This document shows positions 22,429 to 34,568 of a stretch of DNA of 36,450 nucleotides, piece after piece. Position 1 is the first letter of the stretch. Each line of letters begins with the position of its first letter. This stretch comes from Kondoa subrosea (lineage: Eukaryota): contig BCIN01000003.1 in assembly GCA_039545335.1 (NCBI GenBank), forward strand, positions 1,949,615 to 1,986,064, in the 5' to 3' direction. A program made the position numbers and the translations under genes. The notes beneath the pieces are model-generated. The model saw nothing but the letters and a program-made list of their open reading frames with translations. It was not told where the DNA came from and did no database searches.

Positions 22429-25400
22429 TCACCGCTGACCACGTAGCTCCATGATTTGTAAACGAGCTTTTTCCAAGTTTTCCGGATTTCCGACCAAAGC
22501 CAAAGTATCAGCATCTTTCCTTCCAAGCACTTCAACCTGCACATCCGTCTCTTCCCTGAGCAAAGTCAAACCGCTACCTCCTCTTCCAACAACTCGAGGC
22601 ATGAACGATCTCGGTACTTGCAAGTAAGCTAAATGAGTCGCTTTCTTCGCATGCTCCAAGCCAGCATTGACCAGTTCTTCAGCTTTTGTTACGCCTGCTT
22701 CGTTTCCTGATATGATCCACGGGATGGTTTCTTCTGATGAGGAAGAGTTTTCATCCATCAAAGGTAAAACTTCCCAAGCGAAATCTTCGCTTGCTTCATC
22801 GTCTTCCTCTTGGTCGATCCGTGCTGAGGAGGCTGAAGGTTTGCCATTGGCGAAAGGCTTAGGCCTTGCTGCGTTTTGAGCCGGAAGTGTAGCATTGCCA
22901 TGATTTATATTGGTGCCTAATAAAGCGTTAGAACTTGCTCTGGTATATTGATGATGAGCTTACCAGGTGGCAATCGACGGAATATCCTTCCTCCGTCTGC
23001 CACAGCGCGATGCAAGCTAGATGGGACTTCTATTGTCCTCGTCACTTTTCCTCCTCCAGATCTTCCTTGACCAGCATTGCGGCCATTTGCATCGATCTTG
23101 CCAGCTGATGCAGCTGTTTGCGACTGCACATGATGATGTAAGTCATGGTCCTCCATTGTATTGAAGAGGCTTACCTTGATCGCATCGGCGGCAGCTTGAC
23201 ATGCTTCTGCAGATCCCACAATACGAATCAGATCTTGCGCTTCCACATCTTTGACTTCTTCAGCATTGATGAATTCAGCCATGGCAGCGGCTTCCTTCCA
23301 GTTGGGGAAAACTATCTTGACATTGTGCTTAGACTGAAGTTCATTAACATTTGATCCACCTCGACCAATAATTGACGCATGAGAAGATTTCGGCACGCCC
23401 AAGGCATAAACAACTCGATCTTGCAATGCAGAGACTTCCTTCTGGATTTCGTCACGGAGCTTTTCGACTATACTTGCTTTGCCTCGGAGCACAATCAGAT
23501 CGGCTTCAGTATCGTTTGGTCTTGGGAAGCGAAGCATGTAGCCTTGCGAGCGAGAGTCAGTCGGACCTCCAACTTTAGCCATAAGATCACGAACTATACA
23601 CCTCAGTCAGCTAGAAAGGCTTTGGTCAGACAGGAAGACGTACTATTCTGACCACCTTTGCCAATAAGGTTCGACTGCAACGCTCTGTCTACGCGTACTT
23701 CAAGAACAGTCTCTTCATCAGTCTCCTTTGCAATGCCAGCAACGAGCTTCTTTGCGGCAGCAATGGCAGTCTTCGTTCCTCGGATAACGATGGTGTTCTT
23801 CTCGTCGTTTCGGTCAAGTTCAATAGTAGCACCGGTCTCGGCAGCAATTTCGTTGACTTGCATTCCTTGCTTGCCTAAGATGCGAGGAATAGCTTTTGAA
23901 GAAACTGCAATTGAAGTAGTATGGTTGTTTTCGCGTTCATATTCGATTAATTCCATGAGCTGCGAATCAATTTCAACACCCATAAGCAAAAAAAGCTTGG
24001 TAGAGATCAAATCCGCTCACCTCTTTCTTTGCAGAATTGACACCCTTGGAAGGTCCACGTATGCTGATCTCGCTCTTTGCATCTTCAGGTCGAGAGAAGT
24101 TGATCTTGACTTCATACTTGCTTTCGAGACGTTGAGCATACGAGCCTTGTTTACCAATCAGCAGACCACGATCGATACCAGCAGGAACCGGAATAGAGAT
24201 AGCAACTTCGTCAGCCTGAATACAGAAGGTGAGCTTCTGCGCCGAAAAGTTATGAGTGAGACATACAACTCGATCGGCTTGAGCCAGAATACGCTTCTTA
24301 GCTTCTTCCACATTGGCTTTACGGCCTTTGATGACGACTTGATTCCGAGGACGGGTAGATGCTTTCTTTTTGCTTGCAGTAGAACTAGTACCGTTCGCCT
24401 GTTCGACGTCAGAGAAATCGATGCGGACACCCAAATCTTCCTTCAATTTGTTGATGCCTGATCCACCTTTACCGACAATCTATTGCAATCAGTCGTAAGT
24501 ATGTGTTATCTGAGAGTAGAAAGTGCTCTCACATGTGCAACAACCCGGTTATCCACTTCGAACTCAATCTCGTAAGAAGCTTCAACACCTTCGATTTCAA
24601 TTTGTTTCACAGTCTCTTCCAGCTCTTTCTGAACTCGTTGCATCTCTGCTTTAGGTCCTCGGATCTGGACTTGTTCACCAGGACCAAATGAAACAGCTAC
24701 ATCCTTTTCATCCCCAATGATGTTGTTAATGGTCGAATTGTTTGGTCCTTGAACAGCTTTAAGGAGTTTGGAGGGAACAGTGATGATCGAAGTTGAGATT
24801 TCGCCTAAATCGCTGACGATCTTGGTCAAAGCGGCTTTGGCATCTGTATTTTGTATTAGCAAAGACCGGATAATGAGGTAGAGAGAACAACTGACCAATG
24901 ATAGCTCCTTTTGAAGCATTTGGCCAGAGAAGGAAGACAGCATCGCTCTCGTTAGTTTGTCCTCCCCAAGCATCTTCAGCCGGAAAAACCAATTCTAAAC
25001 CTTTATGGTTGTCTAACAAAGTCTTGATAGCTTTAGAGTCCTTGTTCGAGAGTTTCTTGTGTAATAGAGGATCAACAGTGGCAGTTTGGAAATATTGAGG
25101 TGTAAGAGGTTTGATGATCTTGGTAGCTGCTTCTTTAGCTTGAGCAATTGCAGCTTCATCTTCTGCAGTGATATCGATCTCCATTTGATGAGTTGCAATT
25201 TGTTGTTCGGTAGGTAGATGTATTTCAGCAGAAGAGGACACGTCGGAGAAGATATTATGAGCAGCAAAGTATCGACATAAATTTGCGACGTGAGCTTCTG
25301 GAGTAGGAGCAGGGTGGATGGATGTAATATCGATAGTGTCGACCTGAGCTGACTCGGCCTTTTCCATGACTAGACCCATCGCAGCTGTACGTGCTTTGTT

Positions 25401-26744
25401 GTCTCCAGTTCCTCTGAGAGTTATGGTTTCGCTAGCCGAAGCTTGAGGAGGTAGCTCAACGGAGAATCCAGTTTCTTGCAAAACAGCTTCAATGTTGTCG
25501 CCGCGAAGGAAACGATGTTGACGCTTTGGTAAGGAGAGATTGACCGTTCGACAGGTCTTTTTCTGTAAAGCTATGTCAGACGGGACTCAAAAGCTATAGC
25601 AGATGAACTTGCGAGCTCTTGATATGCCTGTTTGATTTTGTCAGCCCATTCACCAAGTTTCTCCTTCTCTACACCCTTGAGTGCAACGTTCCCGGAAGTT
25701 TCGTCAAATTGTACATCGACATCATCTTGTTCCCATTGCGAGTCCAAATTCTTGCGAATCAAAGGCCAGTATACAGCTTCGAAATCAGTTGAAGAGATAA
25801 TTTGAGAATGAGTGACTTGAACAGCTCGATCGCCAACAATTTCCTTGATTCGAGCTTTAGCCAAATCACAAGCATCTTGCGAACCTGAAATGGTGATCGT
25901 GATGGGTTGATCTTCCCCTTCTGCTGATAGATCCTCATTCGGGTCTCGAGGAGGAATAGTGATGTTTGCATTTGTCGCCTCTTGGATGGATTTGAGAGTT
26001 CGGCCTGTGAGTAGCATATTAGCAACGTTCCAAGTCTATACAGCGATCGCAAATTACCTTTGCTGCCAATGATATAGGCTCGGGTGGAAGCAGGAATCTG
26101 CATAGTATCGTGGACCTATTAATTCTTCGTCAGAGTCCTGTCACAATATGCAGCATTTGTCACACCTTTCTGACAATCCTTGCAGTCAGTTCTAGCCTCG
26201 CTTTCTGTATCGCATCATCTGTAGGACCACGTAGCAAGAAAGTAGTAGTCGCTTTACTTGTGCTTGCTTGAATCTGGACGGAAGGCACGACACGCTTGAC
26301 TTGACCAATAGCTTCTCCCAAGGTAGTAGGCGGAGGGTCTTCACCTCTTCTCCTTTGAACTTGAGCAGCTTGCTGAGGTGTGACTAACTGAATTGAAGCC
26401 GAGGCCAGGGAAAGAGTGTCAGAGCAGGCCAACTGAGTATTGACAGGTCTAGAGGTTGCTGCATAGCTGACAGCCGAGGCAGGTGTGCTAGCTCGAGACT
26501 GTTCATCATGTTGTGCAGTCAAATGCGAACCGTTCCAGTTGGCGTTGGCTGATTTCTTGCCTTTACCACCTATAGGTCCAGAGGAAGCTCCCAGGGAAGG
26601 GAAAGCAGACTCGGAGTCCAAGTCAACATTATTGCGTGTTGAAGCTCCGTTCACTCGAGCAGACGACGAGCCCTCTGCTGCGTTGGAGCTGCTGCCTGGA
26701 GCCTGATCTGTAGCGTGAAGGGCTTCGAGATAGGCTGCACTCAT
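22429..26744 (-). CDS. SCP160: Vigilin/Scp160 multi-KH-domain RNA-binding protein
   Basis: N-terminal SESAFPSLG motif and many KH GxxG loops (IIGSKG, IVGKGG, LIGKQG, ILGKQG, LIGKGG, IIGRGG, VVGRGG) across about 10 exons. Confidence 0.92.
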
Positions 26745-27278
26745 GACTGTTATCTGGCCTTTCGGTGGTCTCGTGTCAAAAGGATCAATGCTAATTCATC
26801 AAAGGGGTGGTGACAGCGGCTTGTAGCAATGCTTTACCATGCTCTTTTTGCATGCAACTAGCTTACTTAATCCTGCCGCGTCTGCAAAGTTTGCCAAATT
26901 TCGCATAATGATCAATGAGCGTTGGAGCATATACCTCACACTTATTGAGCATTCGAGTAGTCGCTTCTAGTCGAGACTATATGTCCTTACGCTGAGCGAG
27001 AGGTGAAAACGAAAGACAGCGAAAATTGAGCATTGCAAGTCTAAGGAATCCTTTCTACAATTACAGGATGGATGACATGCGAGACGTGCAGAAACCAGAT
27101 CCCGAATGCAAGAAAGAAGAGATAACACAGAGAGAAAAGCCTCAATCGCAGGAATCGGTAGGCAGAAACAGAGACAGTTATGATTTGATTGCCTTGACCG
27201 CAACTTCGGCTGACAAAGAGACGAGAATTTCTTATTGCTCATGACCGACAAGCTGTTTAAATGCTCTGGTTCTAGCCT

Positions 27279-28676
27279 TCATTGATTCGTTGCTCCTTGC
27301 GATTGCCTAAATTTTCGAGCTGCATGCCAAGCTTGCTGTAAGTAATGCTCATCACATTGAATGTTCCGCATATTAGGTATCTTGCCTACATACCATTGCC
27401 GAAGAAGGTGTCCAGTGGGAATCCACACGCTTCAGCTCTCCGAGCATGTCATTCTTCCAGCCAGACTCGTCATTATCTGAATGCCGCAACTAGGCCAAAG
27501 AATGTGCTCGGTGTTTTTGCACCAGGAGCTACTAGCCACTCACATATTTCTCAAAAATTCTGGGAGTCAAGTTCTAGATATGCACAAATTCAGCATCGGC
27601 GATATCGAGTATCGATTGACATACAGGACATGAGCTGGAAGATGCAACATCGGCCATTTGTAGGGGATGAAAGCTTGAGCTCGCGTGTGTCTGCATAGAA
27701 GAGGGATGAGTTACCGCAGCCATTGAAGCGCTGGTAAGAGAATGCTGAGCTGAAGATATCCTCAAATCAGCTAATTGAGTGGACGACTAGGGAGGAACCT
27801 TACGAGCCAAAGGGTGCGGTCTTACTGGGATCTTGGGGTAAAAAAACTCCCACAGATGTTTGCGGCCTGGCCAAAAGTCTTTGGCATAAATGTTGAGATC
27901 CTTCTGAGAGTGGATTTAGGCTTCAACGCTTAACTATATCTGAAAGTCTTACTCTAAAGCCATCGACACCAATATACTTCGGCAATCTACTGCCTGAGGT
28001 TGACGTAACGTCATGAAGCAGGTCATTGGCTGCGTCCTTGAAACGATCGTGGCTGAGGCCCGTATCACAACACTGATCTAGGGATAAGATCAGCTTCGAC
28101 TTGGGCCAGGAAACCACACACATATTGCGCAAAGACATGTTCGCATCGTAACTAATTTCATTAACAGTATACTGCTCGCAAAAGAAAGCACCTCACCATC
28201 CTTGGGGTGATACGCCTAAGCTATATAACATAAAGCTGAGAGAGCAGAAGGGCAACTTATAAGCGGGACTAACATCGACATGAATACCCTTGTGGTAGGT
28301 CACTAATCTCAGCTAACAGGGAGCTGATATAAGGGAGCTGAACAACTCCCGTTCGGAGCTACTTACGAATAAGTCGCTTGTAGTATGCTGACCAGGCCTC
28401 TCAGTGACGATATCCAGCTCTTGTACCATCGCTTGAAGCTGGTGAAGCGTGATGCTTCCCAAGAACAGATCGGCATGATTAACATTGATAGACGCCGCTT
28501 CAGAATGAAATTTGTTATACTGCATCATCGATGAATTGTCAAGCAGAGCGACATTGAAGTTTTGCCTTACATATCTAATAACTATTTGATCTACCATCTG
28601 TTGATGAACTTCAATTGTCTAGACAAAGAATAAACATAACGCAAAACAGATCAAGGCGTTTACGTACGTTTGACAT
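27279..28676 (-). CDS. Uncharacterised ~276-aa protein (orphan family member B), paralog of 3135-5141
   Basis: Exons 28676-28668, 28618-28571, 28519-28367, 28312-28274, 28220-28197, 28151-28122, 28072-27953, 27903-27804, 27749-27625, 27573-27544, 27489-27394, 27335-27279 give one open frame homologous to orphan A. First exon and the acceptor at 28073 are tentative. Confidence 0.78.
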
Positions 28677-29200
28677 ACCAGCAGATAGCTAATGGGCGAT
28701 ATAAGATGAAAGAAGTCAAGAAAGTCGGAATTGAGAACTTGACGAGCAAGAGCAAGAGAGGAAATCGATGATTGCTTCTTTCGTGTATCGCCCGAACCGT
28801 ATTGATATGCACCTCGCCATCATGAGTAATCGGCTGAGGCAATTCAGCTGTCGCCTCTGTCTTCTGTGTTGAAGACAGACGAGCAAGCGAGAGATGCTTG
28901 ACATGACAGTCGGCGGAAGCAAGCGAGAACATAAAATTGATAGCAAGCATGAAAGAGACAAGAGTTTCCGAGTATGACTATGCGAGACATCCGCATTCAA
29001 GCTGTCGAATGCCAAACCAAGCAAATTGAGCGATTCGTTCAAGAAGGTCACGGTGCAAGCAGGCATTGGGCCCCTTTGTCTGGCAGATTCATAGGCAGAT
29101 ACAGGTATATAAGATCTTCATAGCGCGGCCACCCATCACTGTTCTAGCAGCCTTAACATGACTGTTGCTCGACAAGCCAGAATTATTTTGAATTCAAGCG

Positions 29201-30168
29201 ATGACGGACTCGCCTCCGCGAAAACGCAGGCAAGCTCCATACAGCTACAGCTCCAGCATCGTTCTGATCATAGTGCACGCAGAAAGCTACGCGCCTTGAC
29301 TACTTCTCGTATTTCTATTTCTCCAAGTTCTCATTACTTTGAACTGATTCATCGGCGCAGCTGTCAAGAGCACTACTGTATCAGATGGAAGAGTGCGCGC
29401 TAAACCACACGTCCAAGGAGTCTGGCCTTCCCATATCTACTTGGAAGGTGAGCCAATGATCAGTAGACGGCGAAGGAGCTTGAAACCACCTTGAAATCGT
29501 CTACAGTCCCGCTATCACCCACACTAGGTCAAATTCTGAAGAAAGCAATCAGAAGCACAGCAGAAGACTTACCGATGGAGCTTCGGTCCTTCCTCGACGA
29601 CATGGATGAACCGCTACATCTAAGCATTTCGAGACCTCTTTACCCACGAACAAACGATAAGCAGTCTTTGGTCTTGGCTTGTCAATCAGTAGCGAAAGAT
29701 CTAAATTCGTGAGTTGACAGCTCAGATGATGTTTTCCAGCTGAAATCGCAGCCAGGATACCGGTTTCTTTTGCTGCTTTTACCTTTTTGCATAATGATGA
29801 GAGGACTCGATCCTTTTTGGCTTTAGAAATAGGCTTTGGACACAACGAAGTCGGTCCTTTGCTGAATAAGCCAAGACGTATGCTGACATCTAATAAAGTT
29901 ACGCAAGCTCACCGATGCTCTCAACAAACATCTCACTTCGCTTGGTTTACCGACGTACTATGATCCACCTCGATTTCACTGCTCAATAGCTTGGTTTCTA
30001 CCACCTCCGGTCGAGGAGAAAGACAGTCAAGTTTTAGTGGAAAGGATCTGCGGCGCAGTAATAGAAGACCTGAACAGGGATTCAGGAGCAGCAATTCGAA
30101 GTCATCAGTTGATATGTAACTCGCTTTGTGTGAAAATTGGGAAAGATGTAACGAAACTAGCATTGTAA
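29201..30168 (+). CDS. USB1: U6 snRNA 2H phosphodiesterase Usb1/Mpn1
   Basis: GRVRAKPHVQGVWPSHIYLE, two HxS motifs (LHLSISRP, RFHCSIAW), NDERTRSFLALE, VKIGKDV. First intron 29230-29282 is GC-AG. Confidence 0.9.
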
Positions 30169-30177
30169 CAGTATTGA

Positions 30178-32910
30178 TCACGACATAGGTGCACCATCTA
30201 TCTCTGCACCATCTACATCGTCCAGATCATCATAGAGGTCCTATTGGCACATCTGAGCCAGTCCTCGCAGCTGCAAAGACATCCACATACCGAGATCTCT
30301 TTCTGTTTGGCCATAGCATTGATAGGTTTGAACCCTCTCATAACCTTTTCATCTGTCGCATCACTCATCAAAGGTATACCATCAGCATCTTCTTCCATCG
30401 GTGTGCCTTCTTCATCATTTCCAGCTCCTTCAGCCAATTTCTTCGTGAACTCTTCAATAATACCAGGTGTGAAACAAAGCATCGCTTCCCAAACATTGAC
30501 CACAGCCATAATTTGATTCTTGAAAACTTCAGCTTTCATTCGACCTGGGAAAGATTTATAGATCCCGTTCAAATGTTCGAAAACTGCTCCTAGTTTAGGT
30601 TCGAAAGCAGATCGATATTTCCATGCTGAAGGAAGTGGAGCTGCTGAATTGGCCAGGATATCTGCTACGAGATGAAGACGAGCTAATTTGCGCGGGACAG
30701 GTGTCATTGGTAGTAAAAGTGAAGAAACGATCAGGTCGGAAATCTGTGCGTAATCCATGAGATTTCCTTAGCCTTAGACCATACGACACGTAGAATACTA
30801 GAGACGCACATCTTCGGCAGCTTCCGCATGCTCGATAGCGAAAGCCATGCATCTTGCAATCTTCTCTCGAGACGAAGTAATAGATCGAAGCATAGTCTCA
30901 AACCTTCGTCGAGCGAGTTTGCCGAGCACATCTTTGTCGCCCTTGTCTTTCTCATGTTCCTCTGCCGAGTCGCTCGAATAGACTTCTTGGTCACCCTGTC
31001 AAGTATTTTGGTGGGAATAAGTATTGAAACGCTACTTCTCCTGCCTTAACTGACCTCATCAGTAAATTCAGGTGCTTTATCAGGTGGCCGATAGTGTCGA
31101 TCGACAAGCATCATGAAGAAATGATAAGAAGGAAGCTGTAAGCGACGAATGCCTTAGCCGACAAAATCAGCTAGAAGGGAAGTATCAAAACCTACCTTCT
31201 TGTCCATAAGGAAAGCGAATTTAGGGTTTGTCTTCTCTCTGTCCCTGAGCATATCTTCAAACTTGCGACCGTGTTCCAAACATTTATCAGCAACGCTTTC
31301 AATGAAATCTTCCTCTTCTTTCGTTGCCAAAACAGGCCAACGACGAGGTGAAGGTGACCTGGATCGTCGACTCCTCTTTGCGTGGCGGTCATCATCTGAA
31401 GGTGAACGGGATCTTCTTCGACGAGATGAAGAATTTGGTGAAGGTGAGCGAGAACCAGCTTTCTTGTGCGAGTTACCAAAATCAAGAGGTTTCGAGCTAG
31501 CGACTGTACCCGGATCCTATTCAATCAGCTACTTTCAGCAGCAGAAGCGTAAAGGATCACGCACCAAAAGCAGGTCTAGGGGGCAGAGGCATACTTTTCC
31601 CCCAACCCAACCTGAGCACACAACCACCCCAATCGAAACCATCCAATTCCCTAAAAGCCTTCTCTGCAGATTTCCGATCCATCATAGCCACAAACCCACC
31701 CAAACCAGATTGTTTAGCTCGCCTTAAAGCATTCATACCTGCTCCAGCACCAGAATTAGGACCACCTTCATCTCTCGGCCACATGATTTTAACTGTTGCA
31801 ACTGATCCAAATCGGGCGAAGAAAGTGCCTAATGAAAGTTCAGAGACGTTGGCTGGTAAAGGATGAACATGAATATTGGTTGTAGCTGGGTCATCTGCTG
31901 CTGCATATTGTCCCGATCGTGCTTCCATGGCTGCCATGGCTGCGAGTGAAGGAGCGAGTTCTGTACAAATGTTTTCGCAAAATCAGATACTGATCAATCC
32001 GCAAAAACCGAACGCACCTCCGCCTCCACGTTGCTTGAAGCGCTCTTCTCGATTTGCTTGATCTCTGTAAGCAAATGAGCCGACATCTTGATCTCGTATA
32101 TAGAGCTACAAGCCTCTTGAGCTCTTCTAAGAAGCTATCCATATTCCGCTTCTTCTTGCCCGAAGCAGCTACAACAGGCGGCTATGGTACTTATCAGAAC
32201 AGCCCCTTATATGGAGATGGAAGACATCAGCGCACCTCTTCAGGCGCTGACATAGCCATAGCAGAAGGTCCACGCGGTTTTGGACCGGTTGGAATATTGC
32301 TACCTCTAGGTCCAGCGGGCACATTGAGGGGTTGAGCATAGGACCTAGATGTAGATGGTCCAGAAGGAGGGGCGAATGATCTTTCCGCCAAAGGATTGTA
32401 GGTCTCTGCAAGCCCTCAACATACAAGTAAGCATATGGCAATGCATTACCAGCACAGAGAGCTCGCCTCCAGTCCCACCAGCTTTCACAAAGCCTTTAGC
32501 GGCGACTCGTTTGCTTGTAGCACTGGGTCCAGCTCTGTTGCTACTGCCGCCGACGACTAGATCATCTTCGTCTTCACCTTCGAAAGCTTGTACGAATTCA
32601 GAATAAGCTTGAGCAGCTTCAAGCTCTTGTTGTTTTGCTTTCAATTCAGCTGCTTCCTTTTCCTAGATTGTTACAGCACCGCATGAGCATGACTTCGAAT
32701 TTGCTGGTCAACTGCCACGACACCTTTTGATATTTGGATTTCTTGACCGAAGAGAGAGCAGCAATTTTGCTACAGTACAGAAGGTGTCAGACCCATTGAA
32801 TCCTTATAAATCAAAGTGAAAGCAAAAGACGTTGCATCAAGTTCTTTCCGCTCAATTCGGACAGCTGAGTGATCCCCAAAACTCTCTGGTCGCAGTCTAC
32901 GAGCGTCCAT
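30178..32910 (-). CDS. U2SURP: U2 snRNP-associated SURP motif protein (SR140)
   Basis: EAAQAYSEFVQAFE, MDSFLEELKR, RRM (TTNIHVHPLP..VKIMWPR..GFVAMMDRKSAEKA..LRLGWGK), SURP (EHGRKFEDMLRDREKTNPKFAFL), CID (RKLARLHLVADILANS..AWKYRSAFE). Start at 32910 is tentative. Confidence 0.9.
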
Positions 32911-33645
32911 GCTGGCTTGTACAGTGCAGAGACAAGCCTGTAAAGAATGGCAAGATGGTGTATTAGGGTCAACCTGGGTCCAGCTCAGTCGGCGAAGAGC
33001 ATACAAGAGATCTGCTCCGAGTTATGCTCGCTCTGTATACGTACATCTTGTTCCCAGTCTGTTCTCAGTGTCTTTTCATTGCGTTGATTCCTTCGAGTGT
33101 TATTCTCACTTTATGACTTTTTGCTGCTGTATTTGTGATCGTGGCTATATCTGTTTGAGCACGTCTGCTTCTTAGGACGTTGCCTTACGAATGGTCTTCA
33201 GCAGCTTGCGATCAGGCCGTATCGTACACTAAGTCGACCAACTTCCGCACATCAAATCAGCAGTCAGAGGGCCTTCAAATTCACTTCGTGTTGTCATTTC
33301 CTATCAACACAACGACCACGTCAACGCTGTCTGGGAGTGATGCCCTGCAGTATATGTCGGAAGCCACGCCTTTGTTCAATGCGTTCGCTTTACTATCGAA
33401 GCCCTTCTTCTAGCTCTGGCGTGTTGCAGTTGGACTACCGTTGCTCAGTTCATCCAGTAGGTACATATACTCTACTGATTCGACGATTGATTAGCATATT
33501 CTCGTCATTGTTCTCTTGGAGAGAAGAGCATCGCTTGCTACTTCCTTCCTTTCACTTTGCCAAAGGCTCTGAGTAGAACTTGTTCTTCATCCCTGGAGAC
33601 TAAGTATGTCTAGACGAATCTAGAAGGCTAGGCTTTTCCGACCCT

Positions 33646-34188
33646 TTGTCAAGTTTACGTATTTTGCGAAATCCTCTATATTTGCTCTTTTCCTTCATTC
33701 GAAGTCTACCCACTTTAATATGGTTTGTCTGTCTCAAAAAACCAGCGCGAGGCTTACTTAGAGAGGTTCAACAGTCTGCGCCTCGCTTTGTTCACCACCT
33801 ACCAGATAACGCAGAAGAAGTATGTCATTGCCAGCCTCTATGCTGGCCTCGACCAATAACAGTCTGGAAAAAACCAAAGCCAGATCGTCCGGTTCCACTG
33901 CAGTCCCTGCCGAACCAGAACCAGAACCAGAACCTAAGGCAGTCTCTTCCTGAAGGCCTTCGCCGCCCACACCTTCCAGAACTTCCTGGCCATCAACAAG
34001 ACTTGGCTCATGAAGCGTCTGGTCAACAGGCTAGAGTAGAATTGGACGCCGAAAGACAAGCTATTCATATGATGGGGCAATCTCATCACGCACCGCCCGC
34101 ATCGACTCAATATCAGAATGCGACAAGCTATACTACTGGATCAAGTCATGTAGGCGCAGTCCACCACAGTGCAGGACAGAGCAACTAG
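33646..34188 (+). other. Possible last exon of a hypothetical or degenerate membrane-protein gene
   Basis: 180-codon ORF with a hydrophobic segment followed by a P/Q/H-rich tail. A plausible upstream intron (gtatgt at 33604 ... aag) links it to a stop-interrupted frame upstream. Confidence 0.35.
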
Positions 34189-34568
34189 TTGGGCCTGCCC
34201 TTTTGTAACATAGCTTCACGAATTCTTCTCCCCCTTATGTTCTGAACTTCACTTTTCCTTTTTCTACCGAAACTGTGAAGTCTATGATGGACGAGTCCTT
34301 GTAAGATGGCATCGAGCCAGTGTTAGTAGCGCGTCATACAGAAGGTTTGAAAATTCGGTAGAAGATCGCTGAACAGGTTTTGTTGATTTCTCGGAAAGCC
34401 TTTCTTCCTGAGCCTTCTCACCTTCACTCAAAGTCGACCTCTAGAGCGTTATACAGTCCTGTCCTTACACATACACCTTTAATAGCAGGCTCTGCTAACC
34501 TCAGCCTGCCTCGCTTCAACGAAAACCGTTAACAGGGAGTTTGTTTTTCTGTCAACCTATTCCAAGCT

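Noticed and set aside
23658..24461. 267-aa plus-strand ORF and similar antisense ORFs over other genes
   Set aside because: Antisense shadows of vigilin and other real exons; no domain features.
27574..27640. CPVCQ..H UBZ-like zinc finger in ORF 27574-27765
   Set aside because: The motif crosses the gtatgt donor at 27624, so most of it is intronic in the paralog-supported model.
28660..29066. ORFs of 96 and 116 aa upstream of orphan B
   Set aside because: No homology and no clear splice link; probably promoter or UTR between orphan B and USB1.
33912..33934. (CCAGAA)n repeat
   Set aside because: Short ordinary microsatellite encoding NQNQNQ; not a telomeric or CRISPR-like repeat.
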